A stretch of 48,580 bases of DNA from Minisyncoccota bacterium (GCA_043718505.1 JAYSVN010000029.1:1-48580); one strand, 5' to 3'. Positions 18,305-28,141 are shown, counted from the first letter of the stretch. Numbers and translations are program-made. The notes: generated by a model not told the origin, from the sequence alone.

Positions 18305-19534
18305 CTATTTTAAAGGAAAAAGTCTATAGATATCCCCATTATTATCATCGGAAATATAGGCCGCATTGTCCTTACCAAAGGCTATGGCCACCGGGCGGCC
18401 AAGTTTTGAGCCATCTTTTGTCAGCCAGCCAGTTATAAAGTCTTCAGTTTTTACATAATTGCCCGAAGCGTCGAAAATAATACGGGCAATTTTGTAACCA
18501 GTTGGTTCGGTACGATTCCATGATCCATGGAATGCGATTAGCATATTGCCGGCATAGTCTTTCCAGGTATCCGGTACAAAAGCAATACCGAGCGGCGCTG
18601 AATGAGCCGGAAGATCAATAAAGGCCGGTGTTTCAAAAGGTTCTGAGCATGGATTTCTAATGTAGGTTTTTTTATCAAAATCTGAATCATGAATATTCTT
18701 ACCATAACAATTCGGCCAGCCATAATTTTTGGTTGGTTCGATAATATTAATTTCATCCGGCGGAATATCATCACCCAAACTATCACGTCCCATTTCGCTG
18801 GCAAAAACTTTGCCGCCAGGAGAGACTGTCATAAAAACCGCATTACGAAGTCCACGAGCATACTCTGAAACTTTGGCCGTAGGAATGTCGTAGGCCATGA
18901 TTCGCCCGCGCATAGTATCAGATTCGATGCAGACATTGCATGAGGAACCGACGGAAATGAGAAGTGTTTTATTATCAGTACCCGGCAAAAACTGAAGCGT
19001 TCTTGTAGAATGATTGTCGGTCGCAGTTGATGAAAGAGTTAGTAGTTTTTTACTATTTGAAACTGTACTGGTTACAGGATCATAATCGTAACTTGAGAGT
19101 CGGCTGCGCTCGGCAACATATAGTGTGCATGTATCTGCGCAATCCATTGCAAGTCCGTGCGGTTTGGAAAGACCGGTAACTAATGTTTTGATTGTTTCAG
19201 CGGTGCCATCTTTATTCGTATCTTCAAGCGAGACAATTTTGCCTTCACTTGTTTGCGATACCAGCATTCTGTCTTTTGAATCAAAAGTAATTACTCTGGC
19301 GCCCTTTATATTTTTGGCAAATATTTGCATAGCAAAATCTTTCGGAATTGAAAGTTTGGCAATGAGAGGATCTTTTGTCGGATTTTGATTTGTTTGATCT
19401 GATATGCCGTCAGGTGTCTCTGAAGGTGGAATACCTATGCCGCCTATTTTATTTTTTATAACATAAGCACCGGCAGCTACGATACAGATAAATATAATTC
19501 CAATAATGAGCCTTTTATTTGTGTGCTTCTTCAT
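18305..19534 (-). CDS. PQQ-dependent sugar dehydrogenase-like (soluble aldose/sorbosone dehydrogenase family) with an N-terminal membrane anchor
   Basis: N-terminal TM helix, beta-propeller-like repeats, NYGWPNCYG and HSAPLGIAF motifs typical of the GSDH/YliI family. Confidence 0.7.
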   Translation of the reverse strand: MKKHTNKRLIIGIIFICIVAAGAYVIKNKIGGIGIPPSETPDGISDQTNQNPTKDPLIAKLSIPKDFAMQIFAKNIKGARVITFDSKDRMLVSQTSEGKIVSLEDTNKDGTAETIKTLVTGLSKPHGLAMDCADTCTLYVAERSRLSSYDYDPVTSTVSNSKKLLTLSSTATDNHSTRTLQFLPGTDNKTLLISVGSSCNVCIESDTMRGRIMAYDIPTAKVSEYARGLRNAVFMTVSPGGKVFASEMGRDSLGDDIPPDEINIIEPTKNYGWPNCYGKNIHDSDFDKKTYIRNPCSEPFETPAFIDLPAHSAPLGIAFVPDTWKDYAGNMLIAFHGSWNRTEPTGYKIARIIFDASGNYVKTEDFITGWLTKDGSKLGRPVAIAFGKDNAAYISDDNNGDIYRLFPLK

Positions 19535-19593
19535 ACTATTAGTATAGTCTATATAAATAAAAAACGCCCCGGCTTGCGCCGTGGTGTTTTTTA

Positions 19594-19670
19594 TGAGGCA
19601 TAGAAGTTATATCAATATTGCTATAGATTGACTTTCCTTTACAGTACGGTCTTCTGATTTCTATGCCTCA
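19594..19670. repeat. 12-bp perfect inverted repeat (TGAGGCATAGAA / TTCTATGCCTCA) around a 53-nt spacer
   Basis: Read directly at 19594-19605 and 19659-19670. It sits in the 245-nt gap between the HI0933 gene terminator and the start of the PQQ-dehydrogenase gene. Confidence 0.5.
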
Positions 19671-19779
19671 TTTTCAATCTATACCTGTTGCGTGTACCGC
19701 GCAAGCGTAAATTGTAAAAAACAATATTTTTTATATTTTGTAAAGTGAAGCCAAAATAGTTAGCTATGCATGGAGTTAT

Positions 19780-21102
19780 CTAAGCATGTTTGCCGGCCAC
19801 AAAGCCTGTTGTCCAGGCGAGTTGGAGTGAATAGCCGCCGGATGGACGATTGATGTGCAGCAAGTCTCCGGTAATAAAAAGATTTGAGAAGATTTTTGAG
19901 CGCATGGTTTTGAGATCAATTTCCGGAAGCGCTACGCCACCATCCGCCACAACTGCCCTGTCGTAGCCCATAAGATCAGTAATGGTAACTGGTAAAGCTT
20001 TGAGTATCCGGGTAATTTCTTTTCGTTCTTCTTTCGTAATACTGTGAACTTTTTTGGCTGTATCAAAAGAAAAAAGAGACATAATAGCATCTGCGGTACC
20101 GGCTGGTGTAATTTCTTTGAAAATATTTTTAAAATCTTTATTTTTATTCATATCAAAATTTTTTGTAATGCGATCGTCGAGCGCACCGAGATCCGTATCG
20201 GGAAAAGCATCAATGGTAGCTGTTACAGTGCCGGAATAGAGAAGGTCTGCCACTTGAGCGGCAAGATTTAAAATGAGCGGTCCAGAAAGCCCAAAGTGAG
20301 TAAAGAGAACCTTGCCTGTTTTATTAAACTGTTTTTTACCTTCAAGATAAAAAGTAATTTTCATAAAAGAGAGCGATGTGCCGGAAAGTGATTTAACCCA
20401 CGCTTCTTCGGCTGCGAGAGGCACGATTGTCGGCGTTGGCGACTTAACGGTATGGCCGATATCACGTAGCCATTCAAAACCATCACCGGTTGAACCAGTT
20501 TCAGGATGCGACATGCCACCTGTGGCGAGAATATATGATTTGGCGCGAAAAGTTCCCTGCTTGGTTTCGAGACCGATGATTTTTACGCTGTCAGATTTTG
20601 CTTCGTTATTTTTTTCTTCTGAATTTTTCAGGTCTGCTTTTTTTCCGTCTTCATACAATATTTTTTCAACCGGGCAGGATAATTTAACCAGCACCTTTTG
20701 GTCCTTAATGTATTTCTCCATAACTTTGTAAACATCCATAGCTTTTTCAGTTTTGGGAAAAGCACGAAGGCGTGCCTGTACTACAAGCGGCAAGCCACGG
20801 GATTCAAAGAAAGTAAACGTATCTTTTACCCCAAATTGCGAAAACGGCGAATACAGAAAATCTGCGGCTACGCCGTAGTTCTTGAGGAGTTTATGGACAT
20901 CATATTCGGCATTGGTGATATTGCATCTTTTGCCGCCGGTAATTTTCAATTTTTCACCTAGGGTTTTATTTTTTTCCAGAATCAAAACTTTCTTGCCGGC
21001 TTCTGCAGCCGTACCAGCTGCCATCAGCCCTGCTGCACCGCCACCAATGACGATGACATCAAAGACTTCGTCTTGTAATTTCATAGGGCAAATATAGCAC
21101 AC
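19780..21102 (-). CDS. HI0933/YhiN-family FAD-dependent oxidoreductase (aminoacetone-oxidase-like flavoprotein)
   Basis: N-terminal Rossmann motif DVIVIGGGAAGLMAA, a long insert domain, then the C-terminal GGYSLQLAWTTGFVAG typical of HI0933. Confidence 0.8.
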   Translation of the reverse strand: MCYICPMKLQDEVFDVIVIGGGAAGLMAAGTAAEAGKKVLILEKNKTLGEKLKITGGKRCNITNAEYDVHKLLKNYGVAADFLYSPFSQFGVKDTFTFFESRGLPLVVQARLRAFPKTEKAMDVYKVMEKYIKDQKVLVKLSCPVEKILYEDGKKADLKNSEEKNNEAKSDSVKIIGLETKQGTFRAKSYILATGGMSHPETGSTGDGFEWLRDIGHTVKSPTPTIVPLAAEEAWVKSLSGTSLSFMKITFYLEGKKQFNKTGKVLFTHFGLSGPLILNLAAQVADLLYSGTVTATIDAFPDTDLGALDDRITKNFDMNKNKDFKNIFKEITPAGTADAIMSLFSFDTAKKVHSITKEERKEITRILKALPVTITDLMGYDRAVVADGGVALPEIDLKTMRSKIFSNLFITGDLLHINRPSGGYSLQLAWTTGFVAGKHA

Positions 21103-21138
21103 AATGATGTGTATGTTTGCCCGAGTTATTGATAATTA

Positions 21139-21166
21139 TTGACAAATCCTATTTTAGTAATATAAT
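21139..21166 (+). promoter_or_regulatory. sigma70-like promoter (TTGACA-16-TATAAT) for the 21187 gene
   Basis: Perfect -35 at 21139-21144 and perfect -10 at 21161-21166, about 20 nt upstream of the ATG. Confidence 0.5.
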
Positions 21167-21186
21167 ATAGAAAATTAAAATATAAT

Positions 21187-21732
21187 ATGGCGACAAAATT
21201 CCCACGTATTCAATTCGAAAAATACGGCGAGTACGTATCTGCTGTAATTCACGTAAGTGAAAAAGAGACTACCCTTGCCCTTCCGTCACGAAGCTCTCTG
21301 GCATTTAAGCTCAAACAGTTAGTGGGTGAACAAAAAATCTCGAGATTTAATTTTATTGAATTTATTAAGCTGGCAATTATAGAAAAGATGATTGACCGGG
21401 TTTTGACTGAGGAAGATGATGACCCTATTTCTGAAATGTTTAGAGAGTATATGGGTGAATTCATGCTGGAGAAGGCAATGAATAATCCATATTCTGAGAG
21501 ACCTTGTATCAGGAAGAAAAAACTTGATAGCCAGTTTGAATGGTTTTTCTCGAGCCAGAACAGTTACTCAAATCCTTTCAGAACAAAGACTGAGGGAGAA
21601 GGAGAACTACTAGACTTGCTTGCTGAGAAAGACTCCGTCTCTGATGAAATTCAAGAGATGTACAAATTACTCTATATTTCAAAAGAGATCCCTGGAAAAG
21701 TGAAAAACTACAAAGAAGGTTGGCTGAATTGA
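21187..21732 (+). CDS. hypothetical protein (181 aa)
   Basis: ORF with its own strong promoter and terminator; no family recognised. Confidence 0.5.
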   Translation: MATKFPRIQFEKYGEYVSAVIHVSEKETTLALPSRSSLAFKLKQLVGEQKISRFNFIEFIKLAIIEKMIDRVLTEEDDDPISEMFREYMGEFMLEKAMNNPYSERPCIRKKKLDSQFEWFFSSQNSYSNPFRTKTEGEGELLDLLAEKDSVSDEIQEMYKLLYISKEIPGKVKNYKEGWLN

Positions 21733-21737
21733 GTAAG

Positions 21738-21764
21738 AGTCCGCAATATGCGGACTTTTTTTAT
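21738..21764 (+). terminator. rho-independent terminator
   Basis: GTCCGCA-ata-TGCGGAC hairpin followed by TTTTTTT. Confidence 0.7.
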
Positions 21765-21776
21765 GCCACACTCCCC

Positions 21777-23054
21777 TTATGCTACACTCCCGCCGAATGG
21801 AATAGCGAATTGATCAAAAAAACTATTTCGATTGGTTGTTGTACTTCTGGCCACACTACTGGTTACTCCGTCGCGGGCTAATAGTGCTTTGGCTGTCGTG
21901 CCAAGATGGACAGTATATTTGCCGAAGAATTGATCGATAGTATCCATTGCACTGTGTACCAATTCAAATTTCTCAGTATTGTCTGTATCACCAAAGAGAT
22001 CTTTCTGAAGTGGCAGAGGAGATAGATCATAGACAGTTATACCTGTGGCACGGTAATCTTCATTTTTCTTAAACATTTCGGAAAATCGCGCTTTGGCAAT
22101 TGAAAGAAACGCTTCCGGACTATTGGTGGCATGCGGTACAACGCACTCTATTGAATGGTATTTAAAGTCCTGACGCTTCACAAACATTACTGCTCTTTTG
22201 CCGCGCAGACCTTCGCTTCGCATTTTGGCGCAAGCATTTTCAATATTTTTCGAAAGTTCAGCAAAAACATAAATTGCGCTACGGGATGGCGGAGTGAATG
22301 TTCCTGTTTTTGAAATTGATTTTTGATCTGAGGCTTCTTCTCTAGTATGAACATTGAGTAGTGAGTTACCGCGAAGCTCATGCCAAAGTTCGATGAATGG
22401 TTTGGAAAGCGTGGCGTCAATCCATTTTTCTGAAAGCTCAGAGAATTGCAATGCTGTCTTTACTCCAGTTTTCTCTAAAAAAATAGCTGTGCGACGACCA
22501 ATACCCCAAACATCACCTACTGCTACTTTGGCCAGATGCTCATTCTTGTTTGTTTGAGTAATAACCGTCAGACCGTGTGGCTTCTTATAGTTTGAAGCAA
22601 GCTTGGCTAAAACCTTTGTTGGTCCCACACCGACAGAAACGCTGATATTGAGACTATCTGCTATTTCCTTTTGAATTTTCCTGGCTATTTCAATTGGGTT
22701 TAATTTTGTTGAGGTATAAAGATCAGTCAGATCAGCAAAACATTCATCAACTGAATATTCTTCAACGCGAGGGGCGTACCTGCTGACAATGTTAATCATT
22801 CTTTTTGAAAAAATAGTGATTGCATTGTAGTCAGATTCTACAACAGCAACTTGAGGAAATTGCTTACGTACTTGGTGAAGTGGCATGGCACGAGTAATAC
22901 CGAGAGCTTTCGCTTCATAGCTCGCTGCAGTGACTATGCCGCGTTCTAGTCCGGTAACTATTGGACGACCTTCAAGTTCGGGATGCAGGGCAGCTGTGCA
23001 TGCGGCAAAGAAAGCATCACCATCGATATGTAGAAATGTACGTTCTTTTTTCAT
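21777..23054 (-). CDS. dinB: Y-family DNA polymerase IV (DinB-like)
   Basis: N-terminal FLHIDGDAFFAACT, SVDECFADLT and the rest of the Y-family catalytic core. It lies immediately downstream of lexA on the same strand. Confidence 0.88.
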   Translation of the reverse strand: MKKERTFLHIDGDAFFAACTAALHPELEGRPIVTGLERGIVTAASYEAKALGITRAMPLHQVRKQFPQVAVVESDYNAITIFSKRMINIVSRYAPRVEEYSVDECFADLTDLYTSTKLNPIEIARKIQKEIADSLNISVSVGVGPTKVLAKLASNYKKPHGLTVITQTNKNEHLAKVAVGDVWGIGRRTAIFLEKTGVKTALQFSELSEKWIDATLSKPFIELWHELRGNSLLNVHTREEASDQKSISKTGTFTPPSRSAIYVFAELSKNIENACAKMRSEGLRGKRAVMFVKRQDFKYHSIECVVPHATNSPEAFLSIAKARFSEMFKKNEDYRATGITVYDLSPLPLQKDLFGDTDNTEKFELVHSAMDTIDQFFGKYTVHLGTTAKALLARDGVTSSVARSTTTNRNSFFDQFAIPFGGSVA

Positions 23055-23243
23055 ATATCTTTTATAAATTACTTTTGTTAATTACCTCTCCCAAATTGAT
23101 TCGTTATTTTTGTAACATTCTTCGGCAAAAATTCCACAAACTTTGTCTCATACTTTCACTGACAGTTTTTCTTCCTAATCTTGCTCGCACTTCTTTTTTA
23201 TCTCTTATATTCCCCACCATGTATGTGTAGTACATATATTTAT

Positions 23244-23813
23244 TTAATATTTTCTAATAACTGCTTTGACGACCGCTTCAATTTCGAGATCTTCGGTTGG
23301 CCGGAAAGGTTTGTACTTAGTATTGGCTGCTTCTAAGTAATATCCTTGTTTGTCTTGTCGTAAATATTTCATGGTATATCCGCCATCAAGTCGGGCGATA
23401 ACAATTTCACCGAGTTTGGCTTCGCGCCGACGTTCAACTATGACAACGTCACCTTCTTTGATTCCGGCGTCTTTCATTGAGTCACCTTTTACGGTGAGCA
23501 TAAAAGTTGCTTCTGGTTTTTCAATAAGCCATTCATCGAGTGAAAGCACATCGGCCATATCTTCTTCGGCCTGAGTTGGAAATCCGGCTTCAATTAATCC
23601 GAGCTTGCGGACACCTTGGAACATACTGCCTGGCACAAGTGAGCCATTAGCGCTTTTACCAAGAATGCCGAGATCTATCAGTTTGTCGGCTAGTCTGACA
23701 GCAGCTTGGCTCGAAGCGTAGCCGGCAATTTTGGCGAGCTCTCTATATGAGGGCATGCGTTTCTCTTTTTTGAAAAAGCGCTCTAATTTAGTTTTTACCC
23801 CTGTTATATCCAT
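23244..23813 (-). CDS. lexA: LexA repressor (S24 peptidase family)
   Basis: N-terminal wHTH, then the C-terminal S24 domain with GDSM (Ser) and the downstream Lys. Its own operator lies upstream. Confidence 0.9.
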   Translation of the reverse strand: MDITGVKTKLERFFKKEKRMPSYRELAKIAGYASSQAAVRLADKLIDLGILGKSANGSLVPGSMFQGVRKLGLIEAGFPTQAEEDMADVLSLDEWLIEKPEATFMLTVKGDSMKDAGIKEGDVVIVERRREAKLGEIVIARLDGGYTMKYLRQDKQGYYLEAANTKYKPFRPTEDLEIEAVVKAVIRKY

Positions 23814-23826
23814 GTTTAGAGTATAT

Positions 23827-23844
23827 GTGAACGATTGTTCACAT
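23827..23844 (-). promoter_or_regulatory. LexA box (Cheo-type GAAC-N4-GTTC inside the palindrome TGTGAACGATTGTTCACA)
   Basis: Palindrome read 14-31 nt upstream of the lexA start. It matches the Gram-positive type SOS box CGAACRNRYGTTYC. Confidence 0.7.
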
Positions 23845-23888
23845 GCAAGTTTTTACCTGTGGAAAACTCGGAAAATAAGTCGCTAAAT

Positions 23889-23915
23889 AAAAAATCCCGA
23901 TAGTACATCGGGACT
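23889..23915 (-). terminator. rho-independent terminator after gmk
   Basis: TCCCGAT-agtac-ATCGGGA hairpin with a plus-strand A-run upstream. Confidence 0.6.
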
Positions 23916-23935
23916 TAGGTGTGTTTTAGAATTTT

Positions 23936-24544
23936 TTAAATCGCCTTTCGAAATTGTGATCTGCCGAGAAAATCCTGAAGATTTTGATAGGTGGCTTCGG
24001 GGCTGCCGTTAACTGAATCAAGAATTAGATCAAAGTCATTTTCGTGCTCTTCTGCAAATTTGTATTCCCTTTCGGCCTTAGCGTTTCGCTCAGCGCGGGC
24101 TGCTGGCTGTTCGGAAGCCCTGGACTCAAGTTGAGCTTTTCTTTGATCATTACTCGTTCTAAGATAAATGAGGAAAACTTTTTCTCCAAACATTTTCTTA
24201 ATGTTAACCGCCCCAAACACTTCAACATCAAGTAGGGCGATTTTTCCCATTGCAGCAATACGATCGATTTCAGATTTGAGAGTACCGTAGTAAATACCTT
24301 TATAAACTTCTTGCCATTCAACAAAACGATCTTCTTTGATCATTTCCAGAATTTTTTTCTTGTTATAAAAAAGGTAATCGACACCGTGCCGTTCATTTTC
24401 TCTTTTGTCCCGGTTAGTTGCTGAAATAGAAGAATCGAAACGATCATCTTTACCCAGCATATTTTTAACCAGAGTTGTTTTACCGGATCCTGAGGGCCCG
24501 GTTACAACCACAAATTTTTTACCAGATAAGATATCTTTTTTCAT
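23936..24544 (-). CDS. gmk: guanylate kinase
   Basis: P-loop GPSGSGKTT, the ISATNR motif, YYG and the lid region. Confidence 0.88.
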   Translation of the reverse strand: MKKDILSGKKFVVVTGPSGSGKTTLVKNMLGKDDRFDSSISATNRDKRENERHGVDYLFYNKKKILEMIKEDRFVEWQEVYKGIYYGTLKSEIDRIAAMGKIALLDVEVFGAVNIKKMFGEKVFLIYLRTSNDQRKAQLESRASEQPAARAERNAKAEREYKFAEEHENDFDLILDSVNGSPEATYQNLQDFLGRSQFRKAI

Positions 24545-24647
24545 TTTTTATTTTTATATCATTATTTTTTTATACATTATTTAGGAGTAACAATAGCATA
24601 ATAATTTTCATTGTCAAAGAAGAGGCTTTTTGCTAGGATTGGCCTAC

Positions 24648-25892
24648 ATGACACGCATACTTTCAATTGAAACTTCATGCGACGAAACTGCGCTTTCTGT
24701 AATCGATGCAGACGGCGGCACACTCTCGCCGAAGTTCACGGTGCTCGGTAACGCACTCGCAACTCAAGCCGAACTCCATGCACAATATGGCGGCGTTTTT
24801 CCTATGGTAGCAAAACGCGAGCATGGCAAAGTTATTACTGAACTTCTCGGTCGCGTTCTGACTGAGGCCAATGTTTTATCTTTGGGTGAAATAAGTGCGG
24901 TGCGGCGCAAGGAGGCACTTGCCGAGCTTCACCGCGAACTTGAGGCTAAAGAAAATCTGGCTTTCTTTTTTGAAAAATATGGCGTACCGAATATTGATCT
25001 TATTTGTGTGACATCAGGTCCGGGGCTTGAACCTGCACTTTGGGTTGGTATTAGTTTTGCCAAAGCGCTTTCTATTGCCTGGCAAAAACCGATTATGCCA
25101 GTTAATCACATGGAGGGACACATTGCTTCTATTCTTTTACAGAAGGATGGGGAGAAAAAAACGGACAATCAGCTGACTATCAAAAATGAAATTCCCCATT
25201 ACAAAATACCGACAATACACTTCCCGGCTATTGCTCTTCTGGTTTCAGGCGGACATACAGAAATTCATGAAGTAAAGGCTTGGAATAAGTACAGGTTGCT
25301 CGGTGCAACAAAAGATGATGCCGTTGGTGAAGCTTTTGATAAAACAGCCAGACTGCTTGGTTTACCCTATCCTGGTGGTCCGAAGATTTCTGCTTTGGCA
25401 AAAGAGGCACGTGACAATAATGAGACAGGCGCAAGTGTTGGCCAAAAAATTGAACTGCCTCGCCCGATGATTCATTCGCATGATTTTAACTTTTCTTTTT
25501 CAGGACTTAAGACTGCTGTGCTTTACCTTACGCGAGATATCGGCGAGAAGAAAATGGATGACAAAACCAAACGCATTATTGCCCGAGAATTTGAAGATGC
25601 GGCGATTGAAGTTATCGTCAAAAAAACTATTTTGGCCGCTGAACAAATTGGCGCTGAAAGTATTATTGTTGGCGGCGGTGTCGCGGCTAATAAGCGTCTG
25701 CGCGAAGTATTGACTGATGAAGCTAAAAAGAAATTAGGCGATATTGAAGTATTTTTTCCCGAGAGAGATCTGGCGACAGATAATTCAATTATGATTGCTA
25801 TGGCCGGCTACTTTACATATTTAAAAAATAACAAGCGCGGTTTTGATATTAAAAAAATTAAAGCTAAAGGTAATTTAAAAATTGAGCAATAA
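24648..25892 (+). CDS. tsaD: tRNA N6-adenosine threonylcarbamoyltransferase TsaD (Kae1/YgjD family)
   Basis: ILSIETSCDETA, the HMEGH metal site and GGVAAN. I chose the Met at 24648; the track ORF starts 18 nt earlier. Confidence 0.88.
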   Translation: MTRILSIETSCDETALSVIDADGGTLSPKFTVLGNALATQAELHAQYGGVFPMVAKREHGKVITELLGRVLTEANVLSLGEISAVRRKEALAELHRELEAKENLAFFFEKYGVPNIDLICVTSGPGLEPALWVGISFAKALSIAWQKPIMPVNHMEGHIASILLQKDGEKKTDNQLTIKNEIPHYKIPTIHFPAIALLVSGGHTEIHEVKAWNKYRLLGATKDDAVGEAFDKTARLLGLPYPGGPKISALAKEARDNNETGASVGQKIELPRPMIHSHDFNFSFSGLKTAVLYLTRDIGEKKMDDKTKRIIAREFEDAAIEVIVKKTILAAEQIGAESIIVGGGVAANKRLREVLTDEAKKKLGDIEVFFPERDLATDNSIMIAMAGYFTYLKNNKRGFDIKKIKAKGNLKIEQ

Positions 25893-25925
25893 AAAAACGG
25901 AAGAAAATTTCTTCCGTTCAACTTT
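25892..25925. terminator. bidirectional rho-independent terminator
   Basis: ACGGAAGAAA/TTTCTTCCGT palindrome flanked by A- and T-runs. Confidence 0.7.
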
Positions 25926-25931
25926 TTCTCT

Positions 25932-26546
25932 TCAGTCGGGTATGATATTCATTGAGATACCAACTTTTGCAATGAGCATCTTTTGCGACTGGTCAGCTCC
26001 ATTGTCATCTTTATAAAAGAACTTGACTCCGCCAGCTTCAACAAAAACCCCAAGCCCGTATCGACTATCACCAATTCCAGTAACCTGAAAATTTACTTTT
26101 CCAGTAACCCCCAGATAAAATACACCTTTATTATGGCCATCAAGAGGCCAGCCCAGATCAAGATTTATTCCTGTTCCTGCAAAATATCCTCCTGAATGCT
26201 CATTGAGCACAGCACCGGTTTTGCCAACGACTACTGGGATATCGTAATGTCTATATACACTATCTACATTTGTTGGCATATCGAATCTGACTTTTGAATA
26301 AACCCCGAAGCCAAGATACCCCCAGCCGCCGCGATCATCTTCTGCTGCAATATAACGGTACATATTACCACTGAAGTTTGTTATTTGACGTTCTACACTA
26401 TGATCACTCCATGAGTTACCGGCAGATAAATCAATAGCAAAAGTGGGATTTTCTTGATCATCTTGCCCACGTGCAAATGGCACTCCAACAAGAAGGACAT
26501 TCATTCCAAATAGAAATAAAGTAATCCATATATGCTTGTTTTTCAT
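25932..26546 (-). CDS. secreted/outer-surface beta-rich hypothetical protein
   Basis: Signal peptide (MKNKHIWITLFLFGMNVLLVGVPFARG) followed by Gly/aromatic-rich, beta-strand-like sequence. Confidence 0.45.
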   Translation of the reverse strand: MKNKHIWITLFLFGMNVLLVGVPFARGQDDQENPTFAIDLSAGNSWSDHSVERQITNFSGNMYRYIAAEDDRGGWGYLGFGVYSKVRFDMPTNVDSVYRHYDIPVVVGKTGAVLNEHSGGYFAGTGINLDLGWPLDGHNKGVFYLGVTGKVNFQVTGIGDSRYGLGVFVEAGGVKFFYKDDNGADQSQKMLIAKVGISMNIIPD

Positions 26547-26636
26547 TATGTTGTTTTTAGTTTATTTTCCTCTATTGTACATAAAATAAGACTTTTGTCA
26601 ATACTTCCCAAAATCCCAGCATGTCATAATAGAAAA

Positions 26637-28130
26637 ATGGAAGCTATGTCGAGTCCTGAGGATATTGTCATTCACATCGAAGGCTACGAGCCGGGTGAAG
26701 GTGACAAAGCACTCATCAAAAAAGCATACGACTTTTCTCGCCGTGCACACGAGGGTCAGTTGCGCGCATCCGGTGATCCTTACTTCATTCACGTTATTGC
26801 TACTGCCAAAAACCTCGCCCGCTACGGCATGGACTCAACTACTATTGCCGCCGGTCTTCTTCACGACACAATTGAAGACGGTAAAGCAACTGAAGATGAA
26901 ATTAAAACGCAGTTCGGGGAGGATATTTTCTTTTTGGTTGAAGGTGTAACTAAACTTGGTAAGGTGAAGTACCGCGGCCGTGAGCGACACGCTGAATCCT
27001 TACGTAAATTTTTTGTGGCAATGGCTGCCGACTTTCGTGTGCTCATGATTAAGCTGGCGGACCGTCTCCACAATCTCCAGACACTTGAACATATTCGCAA
27101 AGAAAAACGTCAGCGTATTGCACTTGAGTCAATCGACATTTATGCTCCTCTCGCCCATCGTCTCGGTATCGGAAAATTGAAAGGTGAAATTGAAGATGCG
27201 GCTTTTCCTTTTGCTTATCCGAAAGAATATGAAGAAATCGAGAAGTTTATGAATGAAAAAAAGGAAATTTCTGAACAACACATTGCCGCTGTGCAAAGTT
27301 CGCTTACTCGCGAGCTTGAACGCCAAGGTATCAGAATTGTTAAGATGAGCCATCGCATTAAGCATAAATATTCGCTTTGGAAAAAACTGCAGCGTTACAA
27401 ACATGATCCAGAAAAAATTTACGACATTATGGCACTTCGCGTGATAGTGAGTAGTATTGAAAATTGTTATCGTACCCTCGGCATCGTTCACATGTTTTGG
27501 AAACCGGTGCCGGATCGGATTAAAGATTACATTGCCCTGCCGAAACTCAACGGCTATCAATCACTGCATACAACTATATTTACCGGCGACGGCGGTATTG
27601 TTGAAATCCAAATTCGCACAGCGGAAATGCATGGTATAGCTGAATACGGTATCGCCTCCCACTTTGCCTACAAAGAAATTGGTGATGATGGTAAAGTTTC
27701 GCGTTCATCGAGTAAATACGCCTGGGTTGATGAATTTCGGGAGCTTTCCCGTGCTGTTCATGAATCCGGTCAGTTTTTGCAAAATCTCAAAATGGATTTT
27801 TTCAAGGATCGTATTTTCGTTTTTACCCCGAAAGGCGACGTTTTGGATTTGCCGGAAGATGCTTGTCCGATAGATTTTGCTTACGCCGTGCATTCTGATA
27901 TCGGCAATCACGTCTCCGGTGCAAAAGTTAACGGGAAGATGATTCCGCTTTCTACTAAATTGCAGGTAAATGACATCGTTGAAATTATTACCAAAAACGA
28001 ATCGCATCCGACATCGAAGTGGCTCGATTACGCCAAAACAACCCTCGCGCGCAAGCACATCAAGGCATACGTTGATGATCATTCACTTCTCAATAAATAT
28101 TTGTGGAATAGATTTAAGACGGCAAAATAA
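26637..28130 (+). CDS. rel: (p)ppGpp synthetase/hydrolase, Rel/SpoT homolog lacking the extreme C-terminal regulatory domains
   Basis: HD domain (HDTIEDG), synthetase domain (YQSLHTTI) and a TGS domain. The ORF ends about 60 aa after TGS, so the CC/ACT(RRM) region is absent. I chose the Met at 26637. Confidence 0.88.
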   Translation: MEAMSSPEDIVIHIEGYEPGEGDKALIKKAYDFSRRAHEGQLRASGDPYFIHVIATAKNLARYGMDSTTIAAGLLHDTIEDGKATEDEIKTQFGEDIFFLVEGVTKLGKVKYRGRERHAESLRKFFVAMAADFRVLMIKLADRLHNLQTLEHIRKEKRQRIALESIDIYAPLAHRLGIGKLKGEIEDAAFPFAYPKEYEEIEKFMNEKKEISEQHIAAVQSSLTRELERQGIRIVKMSHRIKHKYSLWKKLQRYKHDPEKIYDIMALRVIVSSIENCYRTLGIVHMFWKPVPDRIKDYIALPKLNGYQSLHTTIFTGDGGIVEIQIRTAEMHGIAEYGIASHFAYKEIGDDGKVSRSSSKYAWVDEFRELSRAVHESGQFLQNLKMDFFKDRIFVFTPKGDVLDLPEDACPIDFAYAVHSDIGNHVSGAKVNGKMIPLSTKLQVNDIVEIITKNESHPTSKWLDYAKTTLARKHIKAYVDDHSLLNKYLWNRFKTAK

Positions 28131-28141
28131 TTACCAAAAAA

